A DNA stretch of 64,000 nt from Nemertoderma westbladi (Eukaryota; Animalia; Xenacoelomorpha): contig JAUCBJ010008176.1 of NCBI GenBank assembly GCA_032718475.1, positions 1 through 64,000 on the forward strand, read 5' to 3'. Shown in pieces: positions 11,816 through 25,500 of the stretch (positions are counted from its first letter, which is position 1; every line of letters begins with the position of its first letter). The position numbers and the translations under genes are program-made. The notes beneath the pieces are model-generated. The model had not been told where the DNA came from. It searched no databases and saw nothing but the letters and a program-made list of their open reading frames with translations.

Positions 11816-13048
11816 ATGGAGGCGGAAGACAAAATTGACGAGGATGACAATATTGTCACCAATGGAACAGATGGAGCCCTGGAAGTTATAGATTTAAGTG
11901 AAATTGAAGATCAATCTCTTGCTTCTGAGATTTTAGAAACATTAGAAGATAATATTGAAGACGGCGACCAAGCAAACGATGAATGCAATGGGGAAGTCGA
12001 TGATTCTGTACTGACATTCAGTCAGCATATAGATTCGGTATTTTGCGTTCGTCTCGACCCCGTCAGCCAATCGTTATGTTTGTCCGGTGGACAGGATGAC
12101 TTCGCTTACGCGTGGCGAGTTGAAACTGGCGAGGTTGTATTCCGTTGCAATGGACACAAGGATTCCGTAACGCAGGTTGACTTCAGTCCGGATTCGAAAT
12201 ATGCAGCTACTGGCGACTTGGGCGGCTCCGTTAAGGTTTGGAATGTCCCCGACGGCCAACTCGTGTGGGAGTTCCAACTGTGCGGCGACTTGGAGTGGCT
12301 GCGGTGGCATTCCCGCTCCCACGCGCTCATCGCCGCCACAGCCACCGGACGAGTCTGGCTGTTTAACATCCCGTCGGGAGCGTGTAAAGTAATGGAGGGC
12401 AACGGGGTCGGGTGCGGCGTCGCTCGGTTGCTAGGCGACGGTCTACGCTTATTGGCGGGGTATATGGACGGGAGCTGCCGACTCTGGAACCTAAAGACTG
12501 GCGGTTGTCTGGCGAATCTATCTCTCGTTGACAAATCGGATTCGGTTGGAATGGACACAGATTCCGACCCCGATAACTCCCGAAGCGTTACGGCCGTTGC
12601 CGCGCAATCAGACACGTCTCTTGTTGCTATGGGTACAGCGAACGGGACAGTCTCATTGATTGTAACCCATGACGACGTTAAATTGGTTGACTCGTTCTCG
12701 GTTGGTGCGGGAGACAGTGTTGAGTGTCTGGAGTTCTCTCGATTGCACCCTTTCCTCGCGGTTGGAACACTGAGTGGAAACGTCGCAGTCTGGGACTCAT
12801 CGACCAATCAGCTTCGATATACGATAGCCACCCAATCGGGTGTAGTTGCAGTCTCCTGGTTGCCTAGCGACCGATTACTCACGGCGTCCCTGGACGGTGA
12901 CCTCCGGCTATGGGACGGTCGATCTGGAGTCTACCAGCGCTCCTACCGTGGTCACACAGACTCTATACTCGCTATGAACGTGTCTCACACTGGTGACGTC
13001 ATAGTAACTGCTGGTGATGATTCCAAATTAAAAGTGTTTAAAATTTAA
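11816..13048 (+). CDS. AAMP: Angio-associated migratory cell protein (WD40 repeat; Sqt1/uL16 chaperone family), single exon
   Basis: 410-aa ORF with acidic N-terminus, then DDSVLTFSQHIDSVF, SGGQDDFAYAW, GHKDSV, ATGDLGGSVKVW, DLEWLRWH, LRLWDGRSG, YRGHTDSIL and VTAGDDSKLKVF, matching AAMP; AATAAA at 13452. Confidence 0.93.
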   Translation: MEAEDKIDEDDNIVTNGTDGALEVIDLSEIEDQSLASEILETLEDNIEDGDQANDECNGEVDDSVLTFSQHIDSVFCVRLDPVSQSLCLSGGQDDFAYAWRVETGEVVFRCNGHKDSVTQVDFSPDSKYAATGDLGGSVKVWNVPDGQLVWEFQLCGDLEWLRWHSRSHALIAATATGRVWLFNIPSGACKVMEGNGVGCGVARLLGDGLRLLAGYMDGSCRLWNLKTGGCLANLSLVDKSDSVGMDTDSDPDNSRSVTAVAAQSDTSLVAMGTANGTVSLIVTHDDVKLVDSFSVGAGDSVECLEFSRLHPFLAVGTLSGNVAVWDSSTNQLRYTIATQSGVVAVSWLPSDRLLTASLDGDLRLWDGRSGVYQRSYRGHTDSILAMNVSHTGDVIVTAGDDSKLKVFKI

Positions 13049-14264
13049 GTTAAGTGTAGTTTCGCCGATGGTCTTTACCAGCGGTATTTGTTGCGGTTTG
13101 TATTGTGCTAGGGATCTTTATTTCTATGCTGACCTGAAGCAGGGAATTAATCGTTAATGGCGTTCGTGTTGTAGTTCCTGATGAATGCGTACATTAGCTT
13201 GGCGGTTCACTATTGCAGTTGATCTCAACTTTCAGGCGTTTTTTGCAGTTTTCGCCATGGCGGTTTTCTAGTTTTGATTTTGTTAACTGAAAGACATCTG
13301 TCGCGTTTTAACTTCAATGTAACAACTTGTACCGGAGTCATTAGCTGTTTGACATCATCGAACAATTAATAGATCACGTAATGATACTAACATTTTGTTA
13401 TTATATAGGTTTTTAAAATCAAGAAAATTATTACCTTCTAAATATGAAAATAATAAAAAATATGAAAGCGCAAGTACATAAAGACGTTATACTAAATATA
13501 GCGCTACGTTTCTCGACCTACACGTATGATACTAACTGGATTTGAGGAATTCTAGTTACATGTCTAGCTGCATGGCCTGTACTAAAGGACGCCTTGGTGT
13601 AATGTCAAGCAGTACATCATTAATATATCGTATCTACAGTATAGGGCCTCTGTCCTCAATCAATCCAGGCTAAGAAAGAACTCAGGCTAATTGAAATGTA
13701 AAGGCTTAGGTTTCGTATATATGAGACGATTGTACAAGTACATTATATTGGTTGCTCCGATGTTTTTATTAGGCTAACTGAGAATGTATTAGGTATAAAT
13801 AATTCGTGTTCTTTATTTTATTTATCTCATACAGAAAGACCCCTCCGCAGAATAAACTGCTCTTTTGGGCCGTTTCCCAGGTTGCGGGTATGGGTAACAT
13901 TTCACTCATCGCAGTAATTGTGATTATGATTTGTGTGCCTCGGCGAATTTGTATTACATTCGATGGGAGGCAGTTTTCTGGTTGATGCAAGTCATTCTTG
14001 GTTTGCATCTTCCAATCCCATCTGTTTCTTGGAGTCTGTGTAAGACAGGTTCGTTTAAAGCCATCTTGATGGCGTTCTAGTACTATTCAATGCTAATTGT
14101 CTACAAGCACCAACCCATAGCTACGCAAGTAGCAGTGTCTGGGTCTGCTACTGTAGTACTGTAAAGTCGTTCTTATGGTTACATAATATTCAAAAGATTA
14201 AATAATAACAATTTGGATGTGTAATTCAAAATTGTGACACAAACATTATATTGTTTTGTGTGTC

Positions 14265-15488
14265 ATATCATTGTCTCATAAATATAGGACCCAACGAACA
14301 TATCATTGTCTCATAAATATAGGTCCCTACGATGCTACGAACATTTCATTGTCTCATAAATATAGGACCCTACGAACATATCTTTGTCTCATAAATATAG
14401 GACCCTACGAACATATCATTGTCTCATAAATATAGGACCCTACGAACATATCATTGTCTCATAAATATAGGACCCTACGAACATATCATTGTCTCATAAA
14501 TATAGGACCCTACGAACATATCATTGTCTCATAAATATAGGACCCTACGAACATATCTTTGTCTCATAAATATAGGACCCTACGAACATATCATTGTCTC
14601 ATAAATATAGGACCCTACGAACATATCATTGTCTCATAAATATAGGACCCTACGAACATATCATTGTCTCATAAATATAGGACCCTACGAACATATCATT
14701 GTCTCATAAATATAGGACCCTACGAACATATCATTGTCTCATAACTATAGGACCCTACGAACATATCATTGTCTCATAAATATAGGACCCTACGAACATA
14801 TCATTGTCTCATAAGTATAGGACCCTACGAACATATCATTGTCTCATAAGTATAGGACCCTACGAACATATCATTGTCTCATAAGTATAGGACCCTACGA
14901 ACATATCATTGTCTCATAAATATAGGACCCTACGAACATATCATTGTCTCATAAATATAGGACCCTACGAACATATCATTGTCTCATAAATATAGGTCCC
15001 TACGAACATATCATTGTCTCATAAATATAGGTCCCTACGAACATATCTTTGTCTCATAAATATAGGACCCTACGAACATATCATTGTCTCATAAATATAG
15101 GACCCTACGAATTAAGGTCCCCATATCATTGTCTCATAAATATAGGACCCTACGAACATATCATTGTCTCATAAATATAGGACCCTACGAACATATCATT
15201 GTCTCATAAATATAGGACCCTACGAACATATCATTGTCTCATAAATATAGGACCCTACGAACATATCATTGTCTCATAAATATAGGACCCTACGAACATA
15301 TCATTGTCTCATAAATATAGGACCCTACGAACATATCATTGTCTCATAAATATAGGACCCTACGAATTAAGGTCCCCATATCATTGTCTCATAAATATAG
15401 GACCCTACGAACATATCATTGTCTCATAAATATAGGACCCTACGAACATATCATTGTCTCATAAATATAGGACCCTACGAACATATCA
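14265..15488. repeat. 35-bp minisatellite, about 35 copies
   Basis: Unit ATATCATTGTCTCATAAATATAGGACCCTACGAAC, highly homogeneous. Confidence 0.95.
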
Positions 15489-15489
15489 T

Positions 15490-16222
15490 GTAGGCCTACC
15501 CAGAACATGACCACAAGGGATGTAGGCCTACCAAGAACGTGACCTCAAGTGACGTAGACCTACCCAGAACGTGACCACGGATGAAGGCCTACCCAGAACG
15601 TGACCACGGATGTAGGCCTACCCAGAACGTGACCACAAGGGATGTAGGCCTACCCAGAACGTGACCACAAGGGATGTAGTCCTACCCAGAACGTGACCAC
15701 GGATGAAGGCCTACCCAGAACGTGACCACGGATGTAGGCCTACCCAGAACGTGACCACAAGGGATGTAGGCCTACCCAGAACGTGACCACAAGGGATGTA
15801 GTCCTACCCAGAACGTGACCACGGATGAAGGCCTACCCAGAACGTGACCACGGATGTAGGCCTACCCAGAAAGTGACCACAAGGGATGTAGTCCTACCCC
15901 GAACGTGACCACAAGGGATGTAGGCCTACCCAGAACGTGACCACAAGGGACGTAGGCCTACCCAGAACGTGACCACAAGGGATGTAGTCCTACCCAGAAC
16001 GTGACCACGGATGAAGGCCTACCCAGAACGTGACCACGGATGTAGGCCTACCCAGAACGTGACCACAAGGGATGTAGGCCTACCCAGAACGTGACCACAA
16101 GGGATGTAGTCCTACCCAGAACGTGACCACGGATGAAGGCCTACCCAGAACGTGACCACGGATGTAGGCCTGCCCAGAAAGTGACCACAAGGGATGTAGG
16201 CCTACCCAGAACGTGACCACAA
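15490..16222. repeat. 29/32-bp minisatellite with 122-bp higher-order period
   Basis: Units GTAGGCCTACCCAGAACGTGACCACAAGGGAT (32) and GAAGGCCTACCCAGAACGTGACCACGGAT (29); GGATGAAGG variant at 15579, 15701 and 15823. Confidence 0.9.
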
Positions 16223-16261
16223 AACACCATTTTCAACCTGCCTCTGAAAGGATATTAATTA

Positions 16262-17172
16262 TTTTCTAGTTTAAGATTTAAATAATTATACTTAAAAATT
16301 ATACAACTACTCCCCATACCACATTCCATTATAGTTTTTAATTATAGTTCAAGAGATTTGCTTTAAGAAATGTGTTTTAAATTGATCTAATCGTAATTAA
16401 CTTATTAAAATGCCCCGTCTTCAGCTATAGCTCCCTCCTTCGTTGGCATGCCTAGCCTAGCTTGGAAGGGGAACCAGTCCAACCACACCTCACCTCTACT
16501 CAAAGGCAGCATTGTAATAAGCCAGACTAATAAGCCAGCTTGGTCATTGTGTTTAGCTTACAAAGTTATTGGCCGAGTACTTAATCGTCATTCTTCAGAA
16601 TAATTAGCTAAATAATTTCGTTGAGGTGTTGACATGATAAATTAATATTCAGTATCAATACTATCGGCATAAGGTAAGTTTTATATTTCTTACAAGTTGG
16701 GTCGCCTCCTCGCCTAAAATATTTAATATATTACTTTATGAGTTTAACATGTTACCAATAACATGAGTTTATTGATTTCTTTGTAGGTTAAGTAAATTAA
16801 ATAATATGCGATCTTTAATTATTTTTGGTAGAAATTTGTGCTGTTTGTATATTTGTGAATCGCTTCCAGTTTTATTTTGTGTTATATTAAAAATAAATAT
16901 AACATATTACTTTTAAAACACAAATTTTATGTTAATACCTCTGCCTTTCATCAATCCTGTGTGCGCCTTTGGGTTAGGGGTGGTGCAGATTGAGAGGGAG
17001 GTTAAGAGGGGGGGTGTGTGGGGGTTGGGGGTTGGGCTTTTCCCGTTCTTTGATTTACTGGTGTTTGGTTAAATTTTTTAGATACCGAGTTTGTGATACA
17101 GTAGAATCGCTCAATATTAATCTGTATCTCATAACTGAACCTCGTGCTGCGCGAAGGCCCTACGAACGTGTC
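16262..17172 (+). mobile_element. DINE-1/HINE-like element, 3' part
   Basis: 16262-16650 and 17040-17172 are reverse-complement homologous to 51036-51575; ends CTCGTGCTGCGCGAAGGCCCTACGAACGTGT. Confidence 0.65.
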
Positions 17173-19479
17173 TGCCTGTTATCATCAAAAACACGTAATG
17201 AATGACTTTCAAGAGCAATGTGGTCCATGCAGCCCAGTCCGGCATACAGTCCAGTATGACGGCTAATTCAAAAGTTTTATCACTCCCTGCAGCGTAATTC
17301 GTTGTTAAAAGAAATTACTTTTCTGGTATATACATATAAAATAAGTTTTAATTCCATTAACCATCTCTAAATATCGAATAGCACGTATCAACCAAATTCA
17401 ATGCGGACACTCGCGGCACGAAAGTCTTACCTTTTATAGTACCAGCGAGTACGAATGTCTACAACTCCCTAAAACTCTACAGGGTTACGTAATGAAATAC
17501 TATAGGTAAACAGTGGACAACAAACAGTCATAATTTTTGAGGAATTTACGTAATATAACAAGCTATACCTAACACGAGAGTTACTACGGCTAATATAAAT
17601 AAATATACATATGTATTATATACATGTTTTACTACGTAAACAAAAATACATTATAACAAGAAATCCTCTACCAAAACCCACAGGACAAATAAAAGGTAAG
17701 TACGTGATTCACAATCACAACCAAGCATCACACAAAAAAAGCATTAAAAACAGGCCGTCATGTTAATAATAGAAACGATAGCACATCGGATAGTGATAGT
17801 AATTACATTCTGCGCCCTGCGCAATAAATGGTAGTTCGTTAAATTGTCATGTGTTGTCATGGAGATTATTTTGTACAAATGGGGAACTCATATTTACATC
17901 AAAGGATTATAATTCAATTTCTATAAAATAATAATATGGTTGATGGGGGGGGGGGGCGCAATATTAATTGCTGCAGATGCCATCAGGGCCAATAGTGTTA
18001 ATTATAAATTTAAGAAACAGGAACCATAACGAAGGACGAAAACCGCAGGTTATAGTTTCATTTTGGGCAAAACCCATCGGGTATTTGAATCGATTTTATT
18101 CAATTTTGCTGCGAAGTCGCCCCAATTTCCTATTTAACCAACACGTAGAATCCTGATAATAATGGTTAAAACATTAATGAAAAAGGAAAGGGAATCAAAA
18201 TCACAGTTACAGGAAAAGTTTGAGGGCATCCATAAACGAAATCCTTTGTGGCCATGTCCGTGACATGGTAGTAGATCCACTGGGAATATAATATTAACAT
18301 TACAGTAATATATTGCGCGTTGATTTTAGTGTTTGACATTCAAAGTGGAGGATATTTAAAAAAAATCCTTCGATAATTGAACAGTGGGATCGGAGATCTT
18401 CGATGGATACTCTCTAACTATAACAATGAACGGTGTAAAATGTGGGTTATTAGGTTTCCTCAACAACAATTAGGACATAAACATGATAGTTAATAACATT
18501 ATTCAGGGAGATCCAGGAAGGTTACATTTAATATTTTGCCCAAAAATACTATAGTTACAAACATTCTACAGAAAACGAAGATTATATAAAATAGAAGACC
18601 CCAGATATGAAAGTAAATATAAAGGAACCTAACCACCAAGCAGATGTGTTATAATGTGAAGGTCTAGGGTATAGAGACAAACTCAACTGTTTGTGGGTAT
18701 GGTCATATAAATGCCACAACTTTCTGAAAACTTTTATCTGCCGATAATGCGTAAATAATAATATTTAACAGGTTATTATAAAATTCAACAACATGGACTA
18801 TCTCGGGAAAAGCTACCAAAGGCCTGACTATCATCTGTAATATACATACTCAGAACTATTACTATAGCAACGCGAATAAGCACCAATAGTCTCTTGAAAG
18901 TGTCAAAATATTGTAAGTGGTGGTCACCTTATAGAAGAGGCAGTTAAATTGGCTAAAAAACATCAAGATTACAATCGGACTTAAAAAAAACACATCAAAT
19001 TAGCTGACCCAACATCAGTTAGTAGACACCTTTTATAACAATTAAAATAAAATTATACTTAATGGCACATTTTTACTCTGAGCATTTTTGAACCCTACAC
19101 AATACTAATGGTAACCTTAGAGACGAAACGTCACACTTCAAACTCATGTAAATGTAAGTTGAAACTTATCAGCACAAATATAAATATAACAAATATCAAT
19201 AATCTATTTTTCTACATGTCTAAACATCCCGCATTCTGCTTCAGCGTAACTTATTCTACAATAAAAACAAATACTAGTAAAAGCACCTTCAATGCTGTCC
19301 GTATAAAATCTAACCCATACTGAAAAAAGTAGAGTGTAATATAAAGAGTATCAACTGTCTGGTAAAGTACCTCACGCCAATGATACTGCGAGTCGACTAT
19401 ATTCGAATACATATTTAGTTCGAACCAGAGTTACTTGCATGTCCGACGTTATAAATGTCCGAAGTTTTTATGTCCGACG

Positions 19480-19577
19480 TTATATCTGCAGACTAAGTCC
19501 GGCTTTAGCCTTCCCTTTCATTGTGGCACTTAGAACGCTGTTGATGTAAGCTTCGGTATTTCCTGCGATATGTCTCC
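19480..19577 (-). CDS. CREBRF: CREBRF coding exon 7 (terminal)
   Basis: Acceptor TTTCTTGTAG; encodes GRHIAGNTEAYINSVLSATMKGKAKAGLSLQI*, similar to CREBRF VAGQTSEFVNQVL. Confidence 0.85.
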
Positions 19578-22500
19578 CTACAAGAAATAGAAGAAACAAA
19601 ACATTTCAGAAAGGGGAAGAATAAATTACTACTAAATAAACCTACTCGTAATTTTCCAACCCGTTAACATCTCGTCGTGTTTCTGCACTATGCTGACTGC
19701 AAACAAAAATGGCAATAGCCTCTTCTTTCTGAATAGTCATACCGCCGCATTTTTTCCAACAAAGGCGCCATGGAAAAAAATTCCTTAGGGTTGCTTCCAC
19801 TTTTCGTATTCCACGTTAACCATATTTTACTTTACATCACTACTCTGTTACTCCATGGCTGCGGACGAGCGATCTCTTCCACTAGATAGGCGCGACACTT
19901 AAGCAGATACCCTAACTACATTAGTGGTCCTGACCCGGAATCGATGCGGGGATCTCACAGCTGGAGCCGTAACCGGTACCGGTAATAAAACATACATAAC
20001 TTTATTGTTCCACTCTAAGAACAAAGTGACTATTTACAGTACTAATATCAAATCTATATTGTCTCGTACTGCCGTATATTTACTATACTTATTATTTTGG
20101 TTATCAATAATAATTTAAGTTGGTTAGTATATTTATTATCTGACTACAGGAAATACCATATGGTGTGGCGATATTCCCAATGTTCTTTGACACCCAATAG
20201 GCTGGATAGCCGGAATGACATCTGTCAATGGGGTTAAACATACGAGAGTAAAAGTAATAGATCGATAAGGATACTGACTGACTCACCGTGCATTGCCGAT
20301 GTCATCATATTAGCTAATTTTGGTTCCAAGGCGTCTCTATGGCGGCCTTGCGATCCCTCCGTATTGCATCCTTGCCCCGGCATTGGCTTATCAGTCAATC
20401 TATGAATCACCTCGTGTCTAATAGATTTCAGTACTTCGTTCATTAACCCTGTAAATAAATTTGCAAATTCGAATTCCAAAAATTAAGTTGCTTTAAGGTT
20501 ACGTCAGTGGGGGGGGGGGGGGGGTTATTACGTGACGTCACGTTCACGTTTACCGATAGTGGGGGATGGGGGGACTTTAGACGGAATCAGTATTCATCGC
20601 CCTCCAGTAGAAAATTGACAGAAATAACAGCTGATTACTCCCAAAATTTAAACTGTAACCTGTGCTATTGACTTTCGTGTGTATTGGTTTGATTATCGAT
20701 ACAAGCCAATGCAACCTGTTCATTCCCCTTAATTAATAATTTAACATAGACGATTAATTCACCGATATGGGATTTGCGTCAGGTCCCCCACCCTACGTTT
20801 TGGCGCCCTTAAGTCACCACGCTTATAGAATTTCCCACCTAAATAAATATTTGTTACTAATTAGGCAGTAATAATTTTGTGACAATTTAAATAATATCTA
20901 TTACCGGTACTACAGTATCACTTGCTGTATACGATAGACTGGATAGTTTACTCTTTGGATGTAATCTCCATGGTTTTATACAATAAATAAGTTCTTAAGC
21001 TGATATAACGCAGTGTAAGCGTGTAACGCTTGCGATCGGAATATTATATTCAGACATTTGTCTTTATAGAAATGCAAACCAAATGCTGTTATATATAAAC
21101 CATGTTAGTTAGGCGCCATCAAGTCTGGTGGGATCAAGAATATTAATCAATAAACACTAGTTTCACAGCCAATATTATAGGCATAAAGTAATCAGGCAAG
21201 TAGTAATCTCCAGAGTACAACAGAAACACACATTGAGGAGTTTGATAGCTTTATTTCCGTGAAGTTCACTATAATTTATTGTTCAGTAAAATGTATCCCT
21301 TGCTTAAAGATAAAAGGGGCACGGTACATATACAAGGATATAAGGGGCAAGGTACATATACAAGGATATAAGGGGCCCGGTACATATACAAGGATATAAG
21401 GGGCACGGTACATATACAAGGATATAAGGGGCACGACGGTACATATACAAGGATATAAGGGGCACGGTACATAAGGATATAAACTTCAAACCCTAGCTAG
21501 AATGATTTCATTGAACTTATTGTATTTCAACTCACCAACCTACATATGGTTGATTTTATATAAACGCTCATTGAACTTATTGCATTTCAACTCACCCACC
21601 GACATAAGTTGATTTTATATAAACGCTCATTGAACTTATTGTATTTCAACTCACACACCTACATAAGTTGATTTTATATAAACGCTCATTGAACTTATTG
21701 CATTTCAACTCACCCACCTACATAAGTTGATTTTATATAAACGCTCATTGAACTTATTGTATTTCAACTCACCAACCTACATATGGTTGATTTTATATAA
21801 ACGCTCATTGAACTTATTGCATTTCAACTCACCCACCTACATATGGTTGATTTTATATAAACGCTCATTGAACTTATTGTATTTCAACTCACACACCTAC
21901 ATAAGTTGATTTTATATAAACGCTCATTGAACTTATTGTATTTCAACTCACCAACCTACATATGGTTGATTTTATATAAACGCTCATTGAACTTATTGCA
22001 TTTCAACTCACCCACCTACATATGGGTGATTTTATATAAACGCTCATTGAACTTATTGTATTTCAACTCACCAACCTACATATGGTTGATTTTATATAAA
22101 CGCTCATTGAACTTATTGTATTTCAACTCACCAACCTACATATGGTTGATTTTATATAAACACTCATTGAACTTATTGCATTTCAACTCACCCACCTACA
22201 TATGGTTGATTTTATATAAACGCTCATTGAACTTATTGCATTTCAACTCACCCACCTACATAAGTTGATTTTATATAAACGCTCATTGAACTTATTGTAT
22301 TTCAACTCACCAACCTACATATGGTTGATTTTATATAAACGCTCATTGAACTTATTGCATTTCAACTCACCCACCTACATAAGTTGATTTTATATAAACG
22401 CTCATTGAACTTATTGTATTTCAACTCACCAACCTACATATGGTTGATTTTATATAAACGCTCATTGAACTTATTGCATTTCAACTCACCCACCTACATA

Positions 22501-25500
22501 AGTTGATTTTATATAAACGCTCATTGAACTTATTGTATTTCAACTCACCCACCTACATATAGTTGATTTTATATAAACGCTCATTGAACTTATTGCATTT
22601 CAACTCACCCACCTACATAAGTTGATTTTATATAAACGCTCATTGAATTTATTGTATTTCAACTCACCCACCTACATATGGTTAATTTTATATAAACGCT
22701 CATTGAACTTATTGTATTTCAACTCACCCACCTACATAAGTTGATTTTATATAAACGCTCATTGAACTTATTGTATTTCAACTCACCCACCTACATATAG
22801 TTGATTTTATATAAACGCTCATTGAACTTATTGCATTTCAACTCACCCACCTACATAAGTTGATTTTATATAAACGCTCATTGAATTTATTGTATTTCAA
22901 CTCACCCACCTACATAAGTTGATTTTATATAAACGCTCATTGAATTTATTGTATTTCAACTCACCCACCTACATATGGTTAATTTTATATAAACGCTCAT
23001 TGAACTTATTGTATTTCAACTCACCCACCTACATAAGTTGATTTTATATAAACGCTCATTGAACTTATTGCATTTCAACTCACCCACCTACATAAGTTGA
23101 TTTTATATAAACGCTCATTGAACTTATTGTATTTCAACTCACCAACCTACATATGGTTGATTTTATATAAACGCTCATTGAACTTATTGCATTTCAACTC
23201 ACCCACCTACATAAGTTGATTTTATATAAACGCTCATTGAACTTATTGTATTTCAACTCACCAACCTACATATGGTTGATTTTATATAAACGCTCATTGA
23301 ACTTATTGCATTTCAACTCACCCACCTACATAAGTTGATTTTATATAAACGCTCATTGAACTTATTGTATTTCAACTCACCAACCTACATATGGTTGATT
23401 TTATATAAACGCTCATTGAACTTATTGCATTTCAACTCACACACCTACATAAGTTGATTTTATATAAACGCTCATTGAACTTATTGCATTTCAACTCACC
23501 CACCTACATAAGTTGATTTTATATAAACGCTCATTGAACTTATTGTATTTCAACTCACCCACCTACATATAGTTGATTTTATATAAACGCTCATTGAACT
23601 TATTGTATTTCAACTCACCCACCTACATATAGTTGATTTTATATAAACGCTCATTGAACTTATTGCATTTCAACTCACCCACCTACATAAGTTGATTTTA
23701 TATAAACGCTCATTGAATTTATTGTATTTCAACTCACCCACCTACATATGGTTAATTTTATATAAACGCTCATTGAACTTATTGTATTTCAACTCACCCA
23801 CCTACATATGGGTGATTTTATATAAACGCTCATTGAACTTATTGCATTTCAACTCACCCACCTACATAAGTTGATTTTATATAAACGCTCATTGAATTTA
23901 TTGTATTTCAACTCACCCACCTACATATGGTTAATTTTATATAAACGCTCATTGAACTTCTTGTATTTCAACTCACCCACCTACATATAGTTGATTTTAT
24001 ATAAACGCTCATTGAACTTATTGCATTTCAACTCACCCACCTACATAAGTTGATTTTATATAAACGCTCATTGAATTTATTGTATTTCAACTCACCCACC
24101 TACATATGGTTAATTTTATATAAACGCTCATTGAACTTATTGTATTTCAACTCACCCACCTACATATGGGTGATTTTATATAAACGCTCATTGAACTTAT
24201 TGCATTTCAACTCACCCACCTACATATGGGTGATTTTATATAAACGCTCATTGAACTTATTGCATTTCAACTCACCCACCTACATATGGTTGATTTTATA
24301 TAAACGCTCATTGAACTTATTGTATTTCAACTCACCCACCTACATATGGTTGATTTTATATAAACGCTCATTGAACTTATTGTATTTCAACTCACCCACC
24401 TACATAAGTTGATTTTATATAAACGCTCATTGAACTTATTGTATTTCAACTCACCCACCTACATATGGTTGATTTTATATAAACGCTCATTGAACTTATT
24501 GCATTTCAACTCACCCACCTACATATGGTTGATTTTATATAAACGCTCATTGAATTTTCATCGGCCCAATCAATTCACTATCATTAGGCAATTTATCATT
24601 AAGCGTATTTTTTCCATCTTTCCAAACAGTCTGGGAAACTTCTTATGGGGTATTTTGGTATTCACGTGCTGCGCGAAGACCTTTATTTTTTGACTAGTTT
24701 TTGTAGATTAAATTGAAATGTGGGGAGAAAGGAATGTGGGAAAATGGGAATGTGGGAAGATGGGAATGTGGGAAGGTGGATGGGAATGTGGGAAGGTGGA
24801 TGGGAATGTGAGAAGATGGGGAATTGGGAAGACGGGGATGCAGAAAGATGGGAATGTGGGAAGATGGGAATGCAGGAAGATGGGAATGTGGGAAGATGGA
24901 TGGGAATGTGGGAAAATGGATGGGAATGTGGTAAGATGGATGGGAATGTGGTATGGTGTCTAGATGGGCATGTGATGGAAGATGGATTGGAATGTGGGGA
25001 GATGGATGGGAATGTGAGAAGATGGGGAATTGGGAAGATGGGAATGCAGGAATGTGGGAAGATGGGAATGCAGGAAGATGGAAATATGGGAAGATGGGAA
25101 TGCAGGAAGATGGGAATGTGGGAAGACGGAAATGTGAGAAGATGGGGAATTGATAAGACAGGAATGCAGGAAGATGGGAATGTGGGAAGACGGGAATGCA
25201 GGGAGATGGGAATGTGGGAAGACGGGAATGCAGGAAGATGGGAATGTGGGAAGACGGGAATTGGGAAGACGGGAATGTGGGAAGACGGGAATGTGGGAAG
25301 ATGGGAATGTGGAAAGATGGAAATGCAGGAAGATGGGAATGTGGGAAGACGGGAATGCAGGAAGATGTGAATGTGGGAAGACGGGAATGCAGGAAGATGG
25401 GAATGTGTGAAGACGGGAATGCAGGAAGATGGGAATGTGGGAAGACGGGAATGCAGGAAGATGGGAATGTGGGAAGACGGGAATTGGGAAGACGGGAATG

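Noticed and set aside
12074-12807. Minus-strand ORFs overlapping AAMP
   Set aside because: Shadow ORFs of the GC-rich coding strand.
14265-16222. CRISPR-like periodicity here and in other 30-65-bp arrays
   Set aside because: No unique spacers, no cas genes, eukaryotic context.
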